The notes below the pieces were generated by a model, which had not been told where the DNA came from, did no database searches, and worked only from the letters and a program-made list of their open reading frames with translations. From the human T2T-CHM13v2.0 reference genome, Homo sapiens, in NCBI RefSeq assembly GCF_009914755.1, contig NC_060933.1: DNA of 64,000 nt. One strand, 5' to 3'. A program made the position numbers and the translations under genes. Of the stretch, positions 1-17,953 are shown one piece after another (position 1 is the stretch's first letter; every line of letters begins with the position of its first letter).

Positions 1-1062
1 TCTCCTACTGAAGGATATCTTGGTTGCTCCCATGTTTTGGCAATTATGAATAAAGCTGCTATAATCATCCATATGCAGGTTTCTGTGTAGACATTAGTTT
101 TCAATTAACTTGGGTTAATCAAGGAGAAAACTGCTAGATCATATGGTAAGAGTATGTTTAATTTTGTAAGACAAACTGTCTTTCAAAGTAGCTGTATCAT
201 TTTGCATTCCCACCAGCAATGAATAAAAGTTCTTGCCCTTCCACATCCTAACATTTGTTGTCGTCAGTATTCTGAATTTTGGCCATTCTAATAGTTGTGT
301 AGTGGTTTCTGATTGTTGTTTTAATTTGCACTTCCCTGATGACATATGACATGGAGCATCTTTTCTTATGCTTTTTCACCACTTATATTATTGTCTTTGG
401 TGAGGTATCTGTTAAGGCCTTTGGCCAATCTTTTAATCAAATTATGTCTTTATTATTGAGTTTTAAAGGTTCTTTAGACATTTTTAAGTAACAGTCCTCC
501 ATCAGGTATGTTTTATTGAGTTTTAAAGGTTCTTTAGACATTTTAAGTAACAGTACTCCATCAGGTATGTTTTTTTTCAGATGTTTTCCCCCAGTCTGTG
601 GCTTGTTTTTTCATTCCATTGACAGTGTTTTTAACAGAAGAGAAGTTTTAATTTTGATGAAGTCCAGCTTATTAATTCATTGTTTCACAGATTGTGCCTT
701 TGGTGTTGTATCTAAAACATCATGCCATCATACCCAAGGTCATCTATGTTTTCTCCTTTGTTATCTTTTAGGAGTTTTATAGTTTTTCATTTCACATTTA
801 GGTCTGTGATCCATTTCAAGTTAATCTTTGTGACGGATATAAGGTCCCTGTCTTGATTCATTTTTTTGCATATTGATGTCTAGTTGTTCCAGCACCACCT
901 GTTGAAAGAAAAGACTGTTTCCTGCATCTTACTGCCTTTTCTCCTATGTCAAAGATCAGTTGACGGCATTTACAAGGATCTAATTCTAGGCTGTCTATTC
1001 GGTCCTACTGATCTACTTGTCTGTTCTTTGGCCAATACCACACTGTCTTGATTATGGTACCC
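1..1062 (-). mobile_element. Old L1M-type LINE-1 fragment (3' ORF2 region)
   Basis: Antisense L1 motifs such as TTTGCATTCCCACCAGCAATG, GTTGTTCCAGCACCACCTGTTGAA and CCAATACCACACTGTCTTGATTA. Confidence 0.85.
454..572. repeat. ~60 bp tandem duplication (2 copies) inside the L1
   Basis: TATTGAGTTTTAAAGGTTCTTTAGACA...CCATCAGGTATGTTT repeated with 1 substitution and a 1-nt indel. Confidence 0.9.
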
Positions 1063-1849
1063 TCACAGAGATTTGTTTAACATGATGAGATCTGCCATTA
1101 CATTTTTCCATATGTACAACTCAAATTGAAAAGGATGCCCCAAATGAGATAAAGTAATGTACTCTGCTGACACAGAATTACAAAAAAAACACTAAGACAG
1201 GGTCACTTTCCTCTAGAATCTGGAGGGAGACAGATCAGGAAATAAACTAATGTACTTACTACATTAGAGAAAAGCATCAACAAGGTGCTAATGGGAACCC
1301 GGAGGCAGGAGTGATACATCTCTCTAGGGGTATGATGAAAACTTCACAATCAAAAGTAGCATTTGAGCTCCGTTTTGAAGTGGTAGGCTACCGACAGGCA
1401 GAGAAAAGGCAGGAGTAGAAAGTGCATTCTAGACCGACACAGTAGCATGTACAAAGACATGGTAGCATAAAAGCATGGGTTTTCTAAAAACATTAGTAAT
1501 TGTGTGTAGCTAGAGTTTAAGTACATGACACTGAATGTCAGGAGGAGACAGGAATGTTGAAGAAGGCCAGATTGGGAAAGGTCTTATATACCAGGCTAAA
1601 AAGCTGGAATTCTTCCTATAGGTGGGAATAACACATACTTACTGTAGCTACCATTTATTAAATATCTATTACATACTAGGCAAGGTGTTGTACATACTTT
1701 ACTGCACTTAACGCTCAAAACTCTGCCATATAGGTATTTTCTCCTCATTGTACATGCAAGAAAAAAAGACTCAAGAGAGGTTAGGTAACTTTCTCAAATC
1801 AAGTCTGACTCCAAACTCTACACCATCTCCCAGAAAAAGAACTCCAACT

Positions 1850-2196
<347 letters not shown>

Positions 2197-2203
2197 TTAA
2201 ATG

Positions 2204-2520
2204 GGGCTGCGCATGATAGCTCATGCTTGTAATCCCAGCACTGTGGGAGGCTTAGGCAGGAGGAGGATAGCCTGAGTCCAGGAGTTCTGGACCAGCCTGG
2301 ACAATACAGTGAGATCCCATCTCTACAAAAAATTAAAATTTAAAAATTAGCTGGGTGTGGTGGCTTGTGTACCTGTAGTCCTAGCTACTCAGGAGGCTAA
2401 AGCAGAAGGATTGCTTGAGCCTAGGAGTTTGATGTTACAGTGAGCTATGATCACACCACTGCACTCCAACCTGGGTAGAGTGAGACATCTGTCTCTTTGG
2501 TGTTTAAAAAAAAAAAAAAA
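2204..2520 (+). mobile_element. Alu (AluJ-like)
   Basis: Diverged Alu with GTGAGCTATGAT and an A tail. Confidence 0.9.
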
Positions 2521-2819
2521 GTTCAAGGACCCTTTGAAATCGCTGGCATAGGCATCAGACTGGATAGGCTCATCTACTTACTTTTTCTTAGCAGTCTCTA
2601 AAACACAGAAATAATAAGAAATCTAAGACCAATTTTTCCTATGGTCTTTTACTGACGGTTTTCTCTCTCCTGACATTACTACAGCATTTGACATCAATAG
2701 CTATTTCAGGAGACAAGGTAGACAGAGTTCCCAAAGCAAAGACAGGAACAGAACAAGATTGTGGCTTGTGTATCATCAAATCTGACACCTGACCAAAATT
2801 CACTAGTGCAATGCTTTGT

Positions 2820-3800
2820 AAAAATATGCATTCAGGCTCTGAAGATCATGGGCTGCTTGAATTTGGTCATATTACTTAAGCTTTCTGAGCCTCAGGTTTC
2901 TTACATTTAAAATGAAATGCTAAGTACCACCTTTCACAATAGTTATGAAAGTTAAAATGGAATAAATAATGAGAAGGAAGACCCAATGACTACAACATGA
3001 TAGGCATGCAACCTACCTTTCCTACTTATGCAGACAATTACTAGCACTGTTTACCTCATAGGATTTTTGTGAGGCTCAAATAAGGTGATGCTTGTGAAAG
3101 CCCTTAAGTGAAATATAATTATCCAACTAAGTTTTGCCATACTATTCAAGATACAAGAATGAATATAGTATAATCCTTGTCTTTACGGGAAGCTGATTTT
3201 CTAAAAAGGGAGCTACAAGTACATAGGTAAGTATAACACAGGTAAGCAGAAAGTGCTAGAAGAGTAGCCATAATAGTTAACACAATTGAGCACTTATGGG
3301 CCGGACCTAGTCTAGGTGTTTTACCTATATTCTTATTTAATCCTTAAACAAACTCTATGGAACAAGTACTATTATATTTCTAGATAACCGAAACTGAAGT
3401 AAGTACATGCTGGATAGGTAATCTGCTTAAGTTAATACAACTAGTTAGTGGTGGAGCTAAGGATTTAAATCCAAGAATTCTGACTCCATAGCTCATACAA
3501 TTAAAAATGCAGGGGTGTGTATTTTTAAAATGGAGAAAGAACATGCCAACAATAACGAGGTCACTAACGTTTACTGAGCACTCACAGTGTGCCAGGTCCT
3601 ATGCTAAGCACTTTACATGTAAACTCTTACTGAAGCCCAGCAATCCTCTGTGAGCTAGACATAGACAGCATCCCGATTTTACAAATGAGGCCAAAGACTA
3701 AATGAGGCTGGTTTACTTTGCTCAAGGTCTCATGGCTAGTTACCAAAAGAACCAAATCTCAAACTTAGCCCTATCAAGTATGTCAAGTAAATGTTCTTAA
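2820..3800. mobile_element. Cluster of MIR fragments
   Basis: MIR core motifs such as CTGAGCCTCAG..., TTTACTGAGCACTCACAGTGTGCCAGG and ATTTTACAAATGAGG. Confidence 0.6.
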
Positions 3801-3829
3801 CCTCTCTACTGTCTGGTTCAGTGTAGACA

Positions 3830-4115
3830 GGGACAGTAGGAGAGCTAACCTCAGAAAGAATTAGCAAAGGAGTAGCCAGTGAGGTAAGAAGAGGACCAAC
3901 AGAGAGCAACATTCTGAAAGGCAAGGGAAGAGTCTTTCAAGGAGGAGGGCAAATGGATCAATTATCAAATGCTGCTGAGAGGCTGAGTAAGATGAGCACT
4001 GAGAATTTAAACACATTTTAGCAATGCAGAGGTCTGTGGTCACCTTGACCAAGTTGTTTCAATAGTATGGTGAGTTCAGAAGCCTCACTGGAGTGTGTTA
4101 AAGAGAGAAAGGAAG
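3830..4115 (+). mobile_element. L2 fragment
   Basis: TCAAATGCTGCTGAGAGG...GGTCACCTTGAC...CAGAAGCC resembles the L2 body. Confidence 0.6.
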
Positions 4116-4649
4116 CAGCAGCAGAAACAATTAGTATATACAACATTAGAACATTTTTCACTTAGATAGCAGGGCTGTACAAAACACCCTGTCATACAGG
4201 GTAATGTGTTGATGAACCCATGTTTTAAAATTTGATATGTAACACCTCTGGGTGTTCAGTTTATTTCCATTTTTAAAATGCATAAAAAGAAATTAAGTGG
4301 AAATTTGAGAAAAAACATATGGAAGCGCTGAAGAACATCCATGGCGTCCTAGGGTCCTGCAGAACACACTTTGAAAACAATTATCTTAATCCAGAGGAAT
4401 GAAATTCTGAGATGGAATTCAGCCAGTTGCAAACTAGGTTTAAGAAAGATATTTTTAGGATTTAGAGGGAATCTCCTAATGCTCTTCAGATTCTGCTACC
4501 TATTACTCAGGAAAGATAACCTTAGAACATTCCTTTCTTTCATCAAATGCTTTACCTTAAGATCTTTTGAATAAAAGGGATGTTTGTATATGGTATTTTC
4601 CACAAATGTTTGGTACTGAAGGATGCTAACTTTTATTCTGTGTTATTTT

Positions 4650-4925
4650 GGTTTTGTTTTTAGAGGAAGGTTCTCATGTCACCCAGGCTAGAATGCAGTG
4701 GAGTGATCGTAGCTCACTGTAACCATGAACTCATGGGCTCAAGCAATGTTCCTACCTCAGCCTCCCAAGTGGCTAGGGCTACAGGAGTATGCCACTATGC
4801 CTGACTACTTTTAAAATTTTTTGTAGCCATGGGGTCTCGCTGTGTTGCCCAGGCTAGTCTTGAATTACTGGCCTCAAGCAATCCTGCTTTGGCCTCCCAA
4901 AGCACTAGGATTACAAAGCATGAGC
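4650..4925 (-). mobile_element. Alu (AluJ-like)
   Basis: Antisense Alu consensus. Confidence 0.9.
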
Positions 4926-5311
4926 TAGAGTTTACCACCCCCAGTCCAATCTTTTTTACACACATATACATCTCTCTCTCCTTGCCAGCACCCAAGCAGG
5001 ATTACAGGCATGCACCACCACACCCAGCTAATTTTTGTATTTTTTGTAGCAATACACACAGAGTATTTTAAATAAAAATGTAAGATCACTTTACTTTGTG
5101 ATCCCTAATTCTATAAATGGGCTTGATTACCCTTTTGCCTTCATTCAAAATAACCTTTTAAATTACAACAGCAGTCCCTATAGACAAGCTAAAATAAGAA
5201 GTTAAGAAACTGAATTATGTTAAGCATTTCATATGTTATTTTGTTCTGACAGCAACCATTTACATGGGTCTTACCACCCCCATTTTATAGATAATAAATA
5301 AAACACAAAGT

Positions 5312-5935
<624 letters not shown>

Positions 5936-6290
5936 GAGAGAGGGGAGAGCTGTGGGAAATTAGTTGGGAAGGTAGGTCAGGAACTGACTGCAGTGTCCTT
6001 GGCTTAAATAAATGCCAGGCTGGGAAACTAAAGCTACGCTCTATATGCAGTAAAAGATTGTTAACATATTATGCAGCATAATTAGAGCCTTATTCTGTGC
6101 TTAAGACAGGGTTAAATGGAGAGACAAGAGGCAAAGGGATCAGATAGGAGCTCACTGTAATAGTACAGGTAAAACATACAGGCCTGAGTTACGTTTAGGT
6201 TGCCTATCATGGCCCAATATAAGCTCAGGCTCTAAGTTTGAACTTGGCTCTATCACTACCACTTAACAGCTGAGTGAGTTTGTGTGCTTC

Positions 6291-6601
<311 letters not shown>

Positions 6602-6687
6602 TTATTTATTATCTATAAAATGGGGATGGTAAGACCCATGTAAATGGTTGCTGTCAGAACAAAATAACATATGAAATGCTTAACATA

Positions 6688-6886
6688 ATTTCTCAACTTC
6701 TACACTATTCACCTTTCAGGTGAAATAATTTTTTTTAATGGGCAACTGTTTTATGCATTATAAAATATTTAGCAGAATCCCTGGCCTCTACTTACTAGAC
6801 ACCAATAACAATTCTTTTCTATCCCCTGTCGTGACAACCAAAAAATGTCTTCATATTGCCAAATCAACCCCAGTTGAGAGCCATGT
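6688..6886 (-). mobile_element. MER20 (hAT-Charlie) DNA transposon fossil
   Basis: TTTAGCAGAATCCCTGGCCTCTAC...GTGACAACCAAAAAATGTCT...GTTGAGAGCCA resembles the MER20 consensus. Confidence 0.8.
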
Positions 6887-7421
6887 AACACTGTTTCTGG
6901 CATATAAAGTGACCAATGGAGGCAAGCTTTAAAAAATAACTGTGGGGCAGGGTGGTGGAGGGAGAAGGTGGTCATTTGGTGATGAAGACAGAAATATAAA
7001 AGACAACGTGTAGAGTGAGATGACCAAATTGGCTGGTTAGATGTGGAAGCCATGAGAGAGGGAGGTAGCAGGGGAGACCACAGCTTTAATTCTGTGTGTC
7101 TAGTCCTACTAAAGAAATAAGAAAGATAAGAAAGTGGGCAGGCTTGAAGAACCAGAGGGTCAGGTGGATGGAAATATTTGAAAGATATTAAGAATTGTGG
7201 CCTGGATCCAGAAAGAACGATTGGTGTAGGTCTCAAAGGCCAAAATCATTCTTCATGTCTCTTGAGCTTTTTATGATTTTAGCTTTATCTAGCACCTCTC
7301 AAGTGAGTACCAGTTACATGCCTTAACTATAAAGCCCTCGGGTGGGGGGGGGGAACAAAAACAAGCTAAAAGACATGACTGACAATGAATATATATTACC
7401 TTTAAAAATCAAAGAAAACGG

Positions 7422-8020
<599 letters not shown>

Positions 8021-8110
8021 AGAGAGAGAGAAAGGGTACTCTTTTCATTTTTTTAAAATCAGAAAAAATTAAATATATTTTAAAAATCACTATAAATTTG
8101 TACATAGTAA

Positions 8111-8442
<332 letters not shown>

Positions 8443-8513
8443 CTAATTTTCCATCCTTTCACCAGACAACTGAAGAAGAGGTGTATACTGATCCTCTTGA
8501 AGATTAAGTCTTC

Positions 8514-8924
<411 letters not shown>

Positions 8925-9329
8925 TGATTCTACATTCTCCAGCCCCTACTGGTCTCTATGACAGTTTTTACAGCCTTTGTCAAGCTACCTGAACAAATAA
9001 GACTGCATCCCTGCCCTTTACCTATGAAACAGTGTGTACCCCAAGGACCCTCCAAGCACTAGCCAAAGCAAATTAGCATTGGAACTGACCTGAGGCATCT
9101 ACATACAACGACTGTACTTCAGATTTTCCAGGAATATTCTGTTTTGTGGTATTCGTGAAACCGATGTTCTCCAAATTCCAATATTCAGGAATGCACACTA
9201 AACCTCCACATAAAAATTCCAAGTCATGTCATTACACATTTGCCAAAACACATTGAACGTACAACATCAAGTGCAAATCCTAACGGAAACAAAATGAATG
9301 ACAGCAAAATAGACTTGGATTGGTTATAA

Positions 9330-11148
9330 ATATATACTGCAATCTCTAGTGAAACAACTAAAAAACTTTTAAAAGTACAATTGTTATACTAAGAAATGAG
9401 AGAAAATGGAAACACATAAAATGCTCAATTAAAACCACAAAAGAAACAAAAAAACACAAAACACAGGAAATGTGTAGAAGAGAAAAAGAGAACAAGGACA
9501 ACAAAAAACAATAAATATATAGCAGGTATTAATCAACTACATCAGTAATCACTTTGAACATCAATGGTTTAAATGTACCAATTAAAAGGCAGATTGTTAG
9601 AGTGAATCAGGAAACAAGACCCAACTATATGTTGTCTACAAGAAACCTACTTTAAGTAGAAAGACACATAAAGAATAAAAATGAAGGGATGGAGAAATAC
9701 ATACCATCCTAACACCAACTGAAAGAAAGTGGAAGCAGCTATGCTAATTTCAGACAGAGCAGACTTTAGAGTGAGGAAAGTTATCAGGAGAAAGAGGGGC
9801 ATTACTAATGATAAAGGAGTCAATACTCTAAGAAGACATAACAATCCTAATGTGTATGCACCTAGTAACAGAATGTCAAAATACCTGAAGCAAAACCTGA
9901 TAGAACTACAAGAAAAAAACAGATAAATCCACCCTCTATCAAAAATGGACAGATCCAGAAGGCAGAAATTCATTAAAAACATGTTGAACTCAACAGCACT
10001 ACCAATCTTTTGGATATAACTGACACCTATAGAATACTTCATCCAATTCAATAGCAGCAGATTTCACATTCTTCTCAAGTTGACATGAAACATTTACCAA
10101 AACAGACCACATTCTGGCCCATAAACCACATCTTAACAAATTTAGAATAATAGAAATCGTACAATGTTTGCTCTCAGACCACAATGGAATTAAACTAGCA
10201 TAACAGAAAGATATCTGGAACATCTCAAATACATAAAGATTAAACAATACAATTCTAAATAAAAACATGGGTCAAAGAAGTCATCTCAAGAGAAAAATAT
10301 TTTGAACTAAATAAAAATAAAAATATAATTCATCAAAATTTGTGGGATGCAATGAAAGTAGTGCTTGGAGGAAAGTTACAGCACTGAATGCATATGTTAG
10401 AAAAGACAACCTAAAACCAAGCTTCCACCTTAGGAAGCTAGAAAAAGACAAAATTAAACCCAAAGTAGGCAGAAGAAAAGAAATAATAAAAATTAGAGCA
10501 GAAATCGATGAAATTAAGAACAGGGAAGCAATAAAGAAAATTAACAAAACCAAAAATCAACAAAAGCTGGTTCTTTGAAAAGATCAATAAAATCCATAAG
10601 CCTCTAGCAAGGCTAACTAACGAAAAAAGAAAGAGGACACAAATTACTAGTATCAGAAATAAAACAGTGTCTGTCAATCGTACCTCAATAAAGCTCAAAA
10701 AAATGAAATAGGGGACCTCACTATGGATCCTATAGACATTAAAAGGAAAATAAAGGAATATAATGAATGAATAAGTCTATGTCCACAAATTTGATAACCT
10801 AGATCAGAGGTGTCCAATCTTTAAGCTTCCCTGGGCCACATTGGAAGAATAAGTGTCTTAGGCCACACATAAAATACCTAACACTAACACTAACACTAAC
10901 AATAGCTAATGAGCTTTAAAAAAAATGCAAAAAATTTCATGTTTTAAGAAAGTTTACGAACTTGTGTTGGGCCACATTCAAAGCCATCCTGGGTTGTGGG
11001 TTGGACAGGCTTGACCTAGATGAAACAAACCAATTCTTTGAAAGGCACAATCTGCCAAAACACATACAAAAAAATAGAGACAATCTAAATAGGCCTACAG
11101 GTATTAAAGAAATTGAATTAACAATTAATAACTTACCAAAACAAAAAG
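9330..11148 (+). mobile_element. Old L1M LINE-1, 5' part of ORF2 (endonuclease region), degenerate; resumes at 14992-15095
   Basis: ORF2-like residual peptides (NVYAPSNR..KYLKQ, LDETNQFFERHNLPK) broken by frameshifts and stops. Confidence 0.88.
10805..11013 (+). mobile_element. MER30 (hAT-Charlie) inserted in the L1
   Basis: MER30-like sequence with a perfect 8-bp TSD ACCTAGAT (10797-10804 and 11014-11021). Confidence 0.88.
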
Positions 11149-11169
11149 TTGTGGGTGTGGAGTTTTTAA

Positions 11170-11475
<306 letters not shown>

Positions 11476-11691
11476 TAGATAAACAAAATTGACCAATTGT
11501 TAGCTAGACTAAGAAAAAAAAGAGAGAAGTTTCAAATAAAGACCCAAATCAGAGATGAAAAGGGAGACATTTCAGAAATACAAAGCATCATTAGAGACTA
11601 TTATGAACAACTAACTACATGCCAATAACTTGGAAAATCTAAAAGAAATGGACATACACAACCTACCAAGATTAAAACATAAAGAAATGGG

Positions 11692-12010
<319 letters not shown>

Positions 12011-12447
12011 AGAAATAGAAAACCTTAACAGAACAATAATGAGTAGCAAGAAAGAGGCAGTAATAAAAAGTTTCCCATCAAAGAAAAGCCCAGGACATGA
12101 TGGTTTTGCTGCTGAATTATATGAAACACTTAAAGAACTAATACCAATGGTATGCAAAACTATTCCAAAAAATTGAAGAGGAACACTTCCAAACTCATTC
12201 TAAAAGGCCATCCTTACCCTGATACCAAAGCCAAAGACACAACAACAACAGAAACTACAGGCTAGTATCTCTGATGAACACAGATGCAAAAATCCTCAAT
12301 AGAATACTAGGCAAACTGAATTCAGCAACACATTAAAAAAAATCATTCACCATGATCAAGTGGGATTCATCCCAGGGATGCAAGGATAATTCAACATATA
12401 CAAATCCATAAACAGGATATGTTACATTAACAGAATCAAGAACAAAA

Positions 12448-12602
12448 ACCAGGTGAGACATAGTGGTTGTAATCCACCACAAGCCTGTAATCCAGCACTT
12501 TGGGTGGCCAACACAGGAGGACTGCTCGAGTCCAGGAGTTCGAGACCAGCCTGGGCAACATAGCGAGACCCCATCTCTACCAAAATAAATAAATAAATAA
12601 AA
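12448..12602 (+). mobile_element. Alu monomer (FLAM/left arm) in L1
   Basis: Left-arm consensus with (TAAA)n tail. Confidence 0.85.
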
Positions 12603-15303
12603 TACATGTGATCATTTTAAAAGATGCTAAAAAGTATTTAATAAAATTCAATACCACTTCATAATAAAAACTCAAAAACTGTGTATAGAAGGAACATACC
12701 TTAAAATACAATAAAGACCACATATCCATGACAAACTCACAGCTGGCATCATACTGGATGGGGGTAAACTGAAAGCCTGGAACATGAATGCCGACTTTCA
12801 TCCTTTTATTCAAATAGTACTGAATGTATAAGCCAGAGCAATTAAAATTAGACAAGAGAAAGAAATAAAGGGCAGCCAAACTGTAAAAGAAGAAGTCAAA
12901 CTGTCCTTGTTTGCAGACATGATCTTTTATTTGGAAAACCTAAAGATACTGCTAAAAAAAAAAAAGGCATTAGAACTCAGAAACAAAATAAGTAATGCTG
13001 TAGGATACAAAATCAACATACAAAAATCGGTAGCATTTCTATATGCCAACAGCAAACAATAAGAAAACAAAATCAGGAAAGCAATCCCACTTACAAAAGC
13101 TCTAAAAAATAAAAAATAAAATACCTAGAAATAGAATTAACCAAAAAAGTGAAAGATCTCGACAATGAAAACTATAAAACACTGATGAAATTGTGGGATT
13201 ACACACAAAAAAGGAAAGACATCCCATGTTCATAAAGTGAAAGGATATTGTTAAAATATCCACACTATCCAAAGAGATCTACAGATAAAATGCAATTCCT
13301 ATCAAAATACCAATGACATTCTTCGCAGAAATAGAAAAATCCTAAAATTCATATGAAACCTCAAAAGACCCCAAATAGCCAAAGCAATCCTGAACTAAAA
13401 GAACACAGGTGGAGGTATCACACTACCTGACTTCAAAATATACTACCAAAGCTATAGTAAGAAAGTGTGGTACTGGCACAAAAAAAAAAAAAAAAAAAAA
13501 AGACACATAGACCGATGGAACAGAATAGAGAACCCAGAATAAATCCACACATTTACAGTCAAATCATTTTCAATAAAGGCATCAAGAACATTCATTGGCA
13601 AAAGGACAGTCACTCCAATAAATGGCACTGGGAAAGCGAGATGTCCATATGCAGAAGAAAGAAACTAGATCCTGTTCTCTTACTACATAAAAAAATCAAA
13701 TCAAAATGGGTTGAAGACTTATATGTAAGACCTGAGACTACACTACTACTACAAGAAAACACTGGGGAAATGCTTCAGGACACGGGTCTGGCAAAGATTC
13801 TTTGAGTTAGACCTCAAAAGCACAGGCAACAAAAGCAGAAATTGACAAATGGGGTTATATCAAGCTAAAAAGCTTCTGCATAGCAAAGAAAACAACCGAC
13901 AAAATAAAGAGATAACCTAAAGAATGGGAGAAAATATTTGCAAATTATCCCACTGACAAGAGATGAATAACTAAATATACACGGAACTCAATAGCAAAAA
14001 GCTCCAAATAATCCAATTTTAAAATGGGAAAAAAAGATGAAGAGACATTTCTCAAAAGCAGACACACAAATGGCTAACAGATATATTTTTAAAAATACTC
14101 AACATCATTAATCATTGAAGGAATAAAAATCAAAACTACAAGATATTATCTCACCCCATTAAAATGGCTATTATAAAAAAGACTGGTGCTGGTGAGGATG
14201 CAGAGAAAAGGGGAACACTTCTACACTGTTGATGGGAATGTAAATTAGTTCACCCATTATGGAAAACAGTATGGAAGTTCCTCAAATAACTAAAAATAGA
14301 ACTACCATATGATCCAGCAATCCTACTGCTGGCTATATTTCCAAAAGAAAGGAAATCCGTATATCAAAGAGATATCTGCACTCTCATGTTTATTGCACCA
14401 CTATTCACAACAGCCAAGATATCAGACATGAAATCAACCTAAGGGTCCATCACCAAATGAGCGGATAAATAAAATGTGCATAAGTACACAATGGAGTATT
14501 ATTCAGCCATAAAAAAGAATAAAATCCCATCATTTGCAGCAACATGGATGGAACTGTTAAGTGAATAAGCTGGGCACCGAAAGACAAATATCACATGTTC
14601 CCACTCATACATGGGAGCTTAAAAAAAAACAACTGATCTCATGGAAGTAATGAATAGAATGGTGATCACCAGAGGCTGGGAAGGGTAGAGGGACAGTGGG
14701 GGATGAAGAGAGGTTGGTTAATAGGTACAAAAATACAGTTAGAGAGAAGGAATAAGTTCTAGTATTTGATAGCACAGTAGGGCAACTGTGGTTCACAACA
14801 ATTTACCGCATATTTCAAAATGGATAGAAGAGAGTATTTGGAATGTTCCAAGACAAACAGCTGATAAATGTTGTAGGTGATTTCCCTATTACCCCAATTT
14901 GATCATTACACATTGTATGCATGTATCAAAATATCACATGTACCCTATAAATATATACAATTATATATCAATTGAAGTAACAACAACAACAAATAACTTT
15001 CCAAAACAGAAAGCAGTAGGCCCAGATGGGCTCACTGGTGAATTCTAGTAAACACTTAAGGAAGAAATTATACCAATTCTCTACCATCTCTTTTTAAACT
15101 TGAAACATTCAGGAATAGTCTGTCACTTTAGAAAAAAGTCTGTCCTAAGGGGTATAATCACCACCACCACTCTCCAAACCCTGGCAATGCCCCCAAAAGG
15201 CACTGGCAATGCTTTAGTGAAGACTATAAATAGGTAATAGAAAGAAAGGACTTTGGAGACCAAAAAACAAGCAAACAACAATCTGAATTGGGTTACTAGC
15301 TCT

Positions 15304-15620
<317 letters not shown>

Positions 15621-16589
15621 TAATCTTTTATCTCAGCCAAAAATTGAATTTGATTACTGGCTTTGTCTTATGAACCTTGGAGAAGTTAGTTAACCATGTC
15701 ACATCTCAATTTCCAAATACTTATGGAAGAGGAAATGACAATACCAACTTAATAAGAATGCTGTAAGAATTCAAAGTAACAATTTTACAAAGTACCTACC
15801 ATAGGGGTTGGCCCCACAGTGGTTCCCTTCTCCCTTTCTTTTTGCCCAATCTACTTTGCCATCTTTGCCCAGATGATAAAACTGGGGACAAAAATACAAA
15901 GTAAAAATACGAAGTTCTACTATATATACGGTTTACACTAAAATAGGCCTCATTACATATCTAAAGAAATTATCCAAAATCCATGGCTTTAATTATACAA
16001 TCAAAGCATTAACACCGGACTAGTCTCTTTTGCAAAGAAAATATGCATTTTCCTGGCAGCCATAGAGTAATAGTTTAAGATCTGTGCCTCCACCCCAATC
16101 CTACCCACACAATTTGATCCTCTTCCCAAGTAGACATTGGCACCTGACCATTTCTGCCTCTCCCAAGAAACAAAGAGGCCCAAAAGCTTGACAGCCAATC
16201 TAATTTAAGTCCAAAGGAGAAGAAAACGATGTCCAAGTAACGGCAGAATAAAGGAAAAAAACAAACAAATCTGAGCTAGTTAAAAAAGGAAACCAGCAGA
16301 AGACTAACCTCCTGTTTTTTATTGAAAAGCGACTGCATGAAGACTAAAAAACTAGCCCCAACCCCTAAGTCTGGATTGATTTAAAGTGGTGGAGGTAGGT
16401 ATTCCAGGCAAATCCCTCAATGCACAAGAGTAAAGAAGCAGCTCTATTTCCACACTGTTGGATTTTCATGGGCTTCCTCTGATATAACCTATTATTTCCA
16501 AGGCCTAGGAATGTCCCCTCCTCAACTGTCTTATCAGCTTGGGGTTACAACCCAGCTCTAAGGAGAAGGGTATGACTTTTAAAATTAAG

Positions 16590-16790
16590 GTGTAATGAAG
16601 TTTCTCTCCTAATCTCATTACTACCTGGCTGTGTGACTGCTTATGAATCATTTCCTCTCTCTGAGCCTCAATATTACTTCTCTGCAAAATGAGGATAATA
16701 CTGTTCCCCTGACAGCACTGTTATGAGAATTAATTCAAAAACCAATGTCAAATGTGCCTAGTACAGTGCATGGCTCATAGCAGACAACAA
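16590..16790 (+). mobile_element. MIR
   Basis: CTGTGTGAC...CTCTGAGCCTCA...GCAAAATGAGGATAATA core. Confidence 0.7.
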
Positions 16791-17657
16791 CGGGAATTAA
16801 TTTCCTTCCTTTCCCTTTGACACAGCCTTATCCTCCAAGAAGAAAAAGGGACATCATTCCTTCTTTCCATAAAATTAACTCAGTACCATGACCAGGTCAG
16901 AAATGCCAGGGCTGGAGCCAGACTCTAGATACAGCCCTTCCCATATCTGAGCATGAACTCCAAGTCACATTGCAACAGCACACTTTTGAGAGGCCACACA
17001 CTCACGCAGAAGCTAGGTCTCACACCCAGCTATTACTTTAAAAAGCCAAGATTAGCTCAAGGCTAGGTGAGTAATGAGATGTAAGTGCTCTGGGAATCTG
17101 TCCATTCCCAGCATAACTAATGAGTAGCGTCAGTTGTATTCTGCCCCAGAGAGGGACCAACAACTCCAGATGGCCAACAACTCTGAAAAATGCTGAGGCA
17201 ATGATCAGAGGAAGAATATTTCTGCCCCTTCCTACAGCCTCTGCTTTGGGAAATTTACATTTTGTATAATCATTATTAAAGGTTATTTGTGCTTTTTTTT
17301 CCCTTCAGTTTCATTAATAGAGAATCTATATAACATAGTACGAGCAAGAACTTTGGAATCAAGCTCTGGTTCAAGTCTCAGCTCTGCCTCTTCCTTGCTA
17401 TGTGACACTGGACAAGTCATTTAACCACCAGAGCCTCAGTTTTCTCACCTTTTGTGCTTTCCAAAGTTCTGGCTGCCCCTTCAGTAAGCTGTGAAATCAA
17501 CTGAGTAGCTTGCAAGTAACTTTTTTTTTTTTTTAGTAAAAAGAAGAAAGTATCAGATGACACTACATGATATTTTACTATGAAAATACTAGATGTCACT
17601 TGCCTATAAAATGGGACTATCAGGTGTATGCTGTTATTTTCTGTATTTGTCAGAGGT

Positions 17658-17953
17658 TTGTTTTGTTGTTGTTTTTTAAGAGACAGAGTCTCTGTCACCA
17701 TCCTGGAGTATGGTGGCATCATCATAGCTCACTGCAGCCTTGAACTCCTGCACTCAAGTGACCCTCTCTCCTCACCCTCACAAGTAACTAGAACTACAGG
17801 CACATATCATCAAGCCAGGCAAATTTATTTTTTGTAGATATGGGGGTCTTACTATGTTGCTAAGGCTGGTCTCGAACTCCTGGCCTCAAGCAATCCTTCC
17901 ACCATGGCGTCCCAAAGCACTGGCATTACAGGCATGAGCCAAGGCCCCTGGCC
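17658..17953 (-). mobile_element. Alu (AluJo-like)
   Basis: Antisense dimer. Confidence 0.9.

Noticed and set aside
4040-4056. GCNF DR0-like TGGTCAAGGTGA on the minus strand
   Set aside because: Imperfect, inside an L2 fragment, and ~18 kb from the promoter.
6769-7236. Longest ORF in the track (155 aa, minus strand)
   Set aside because: Runs into MER20 and low-complexity sequence; no recognisable domain or exon context.
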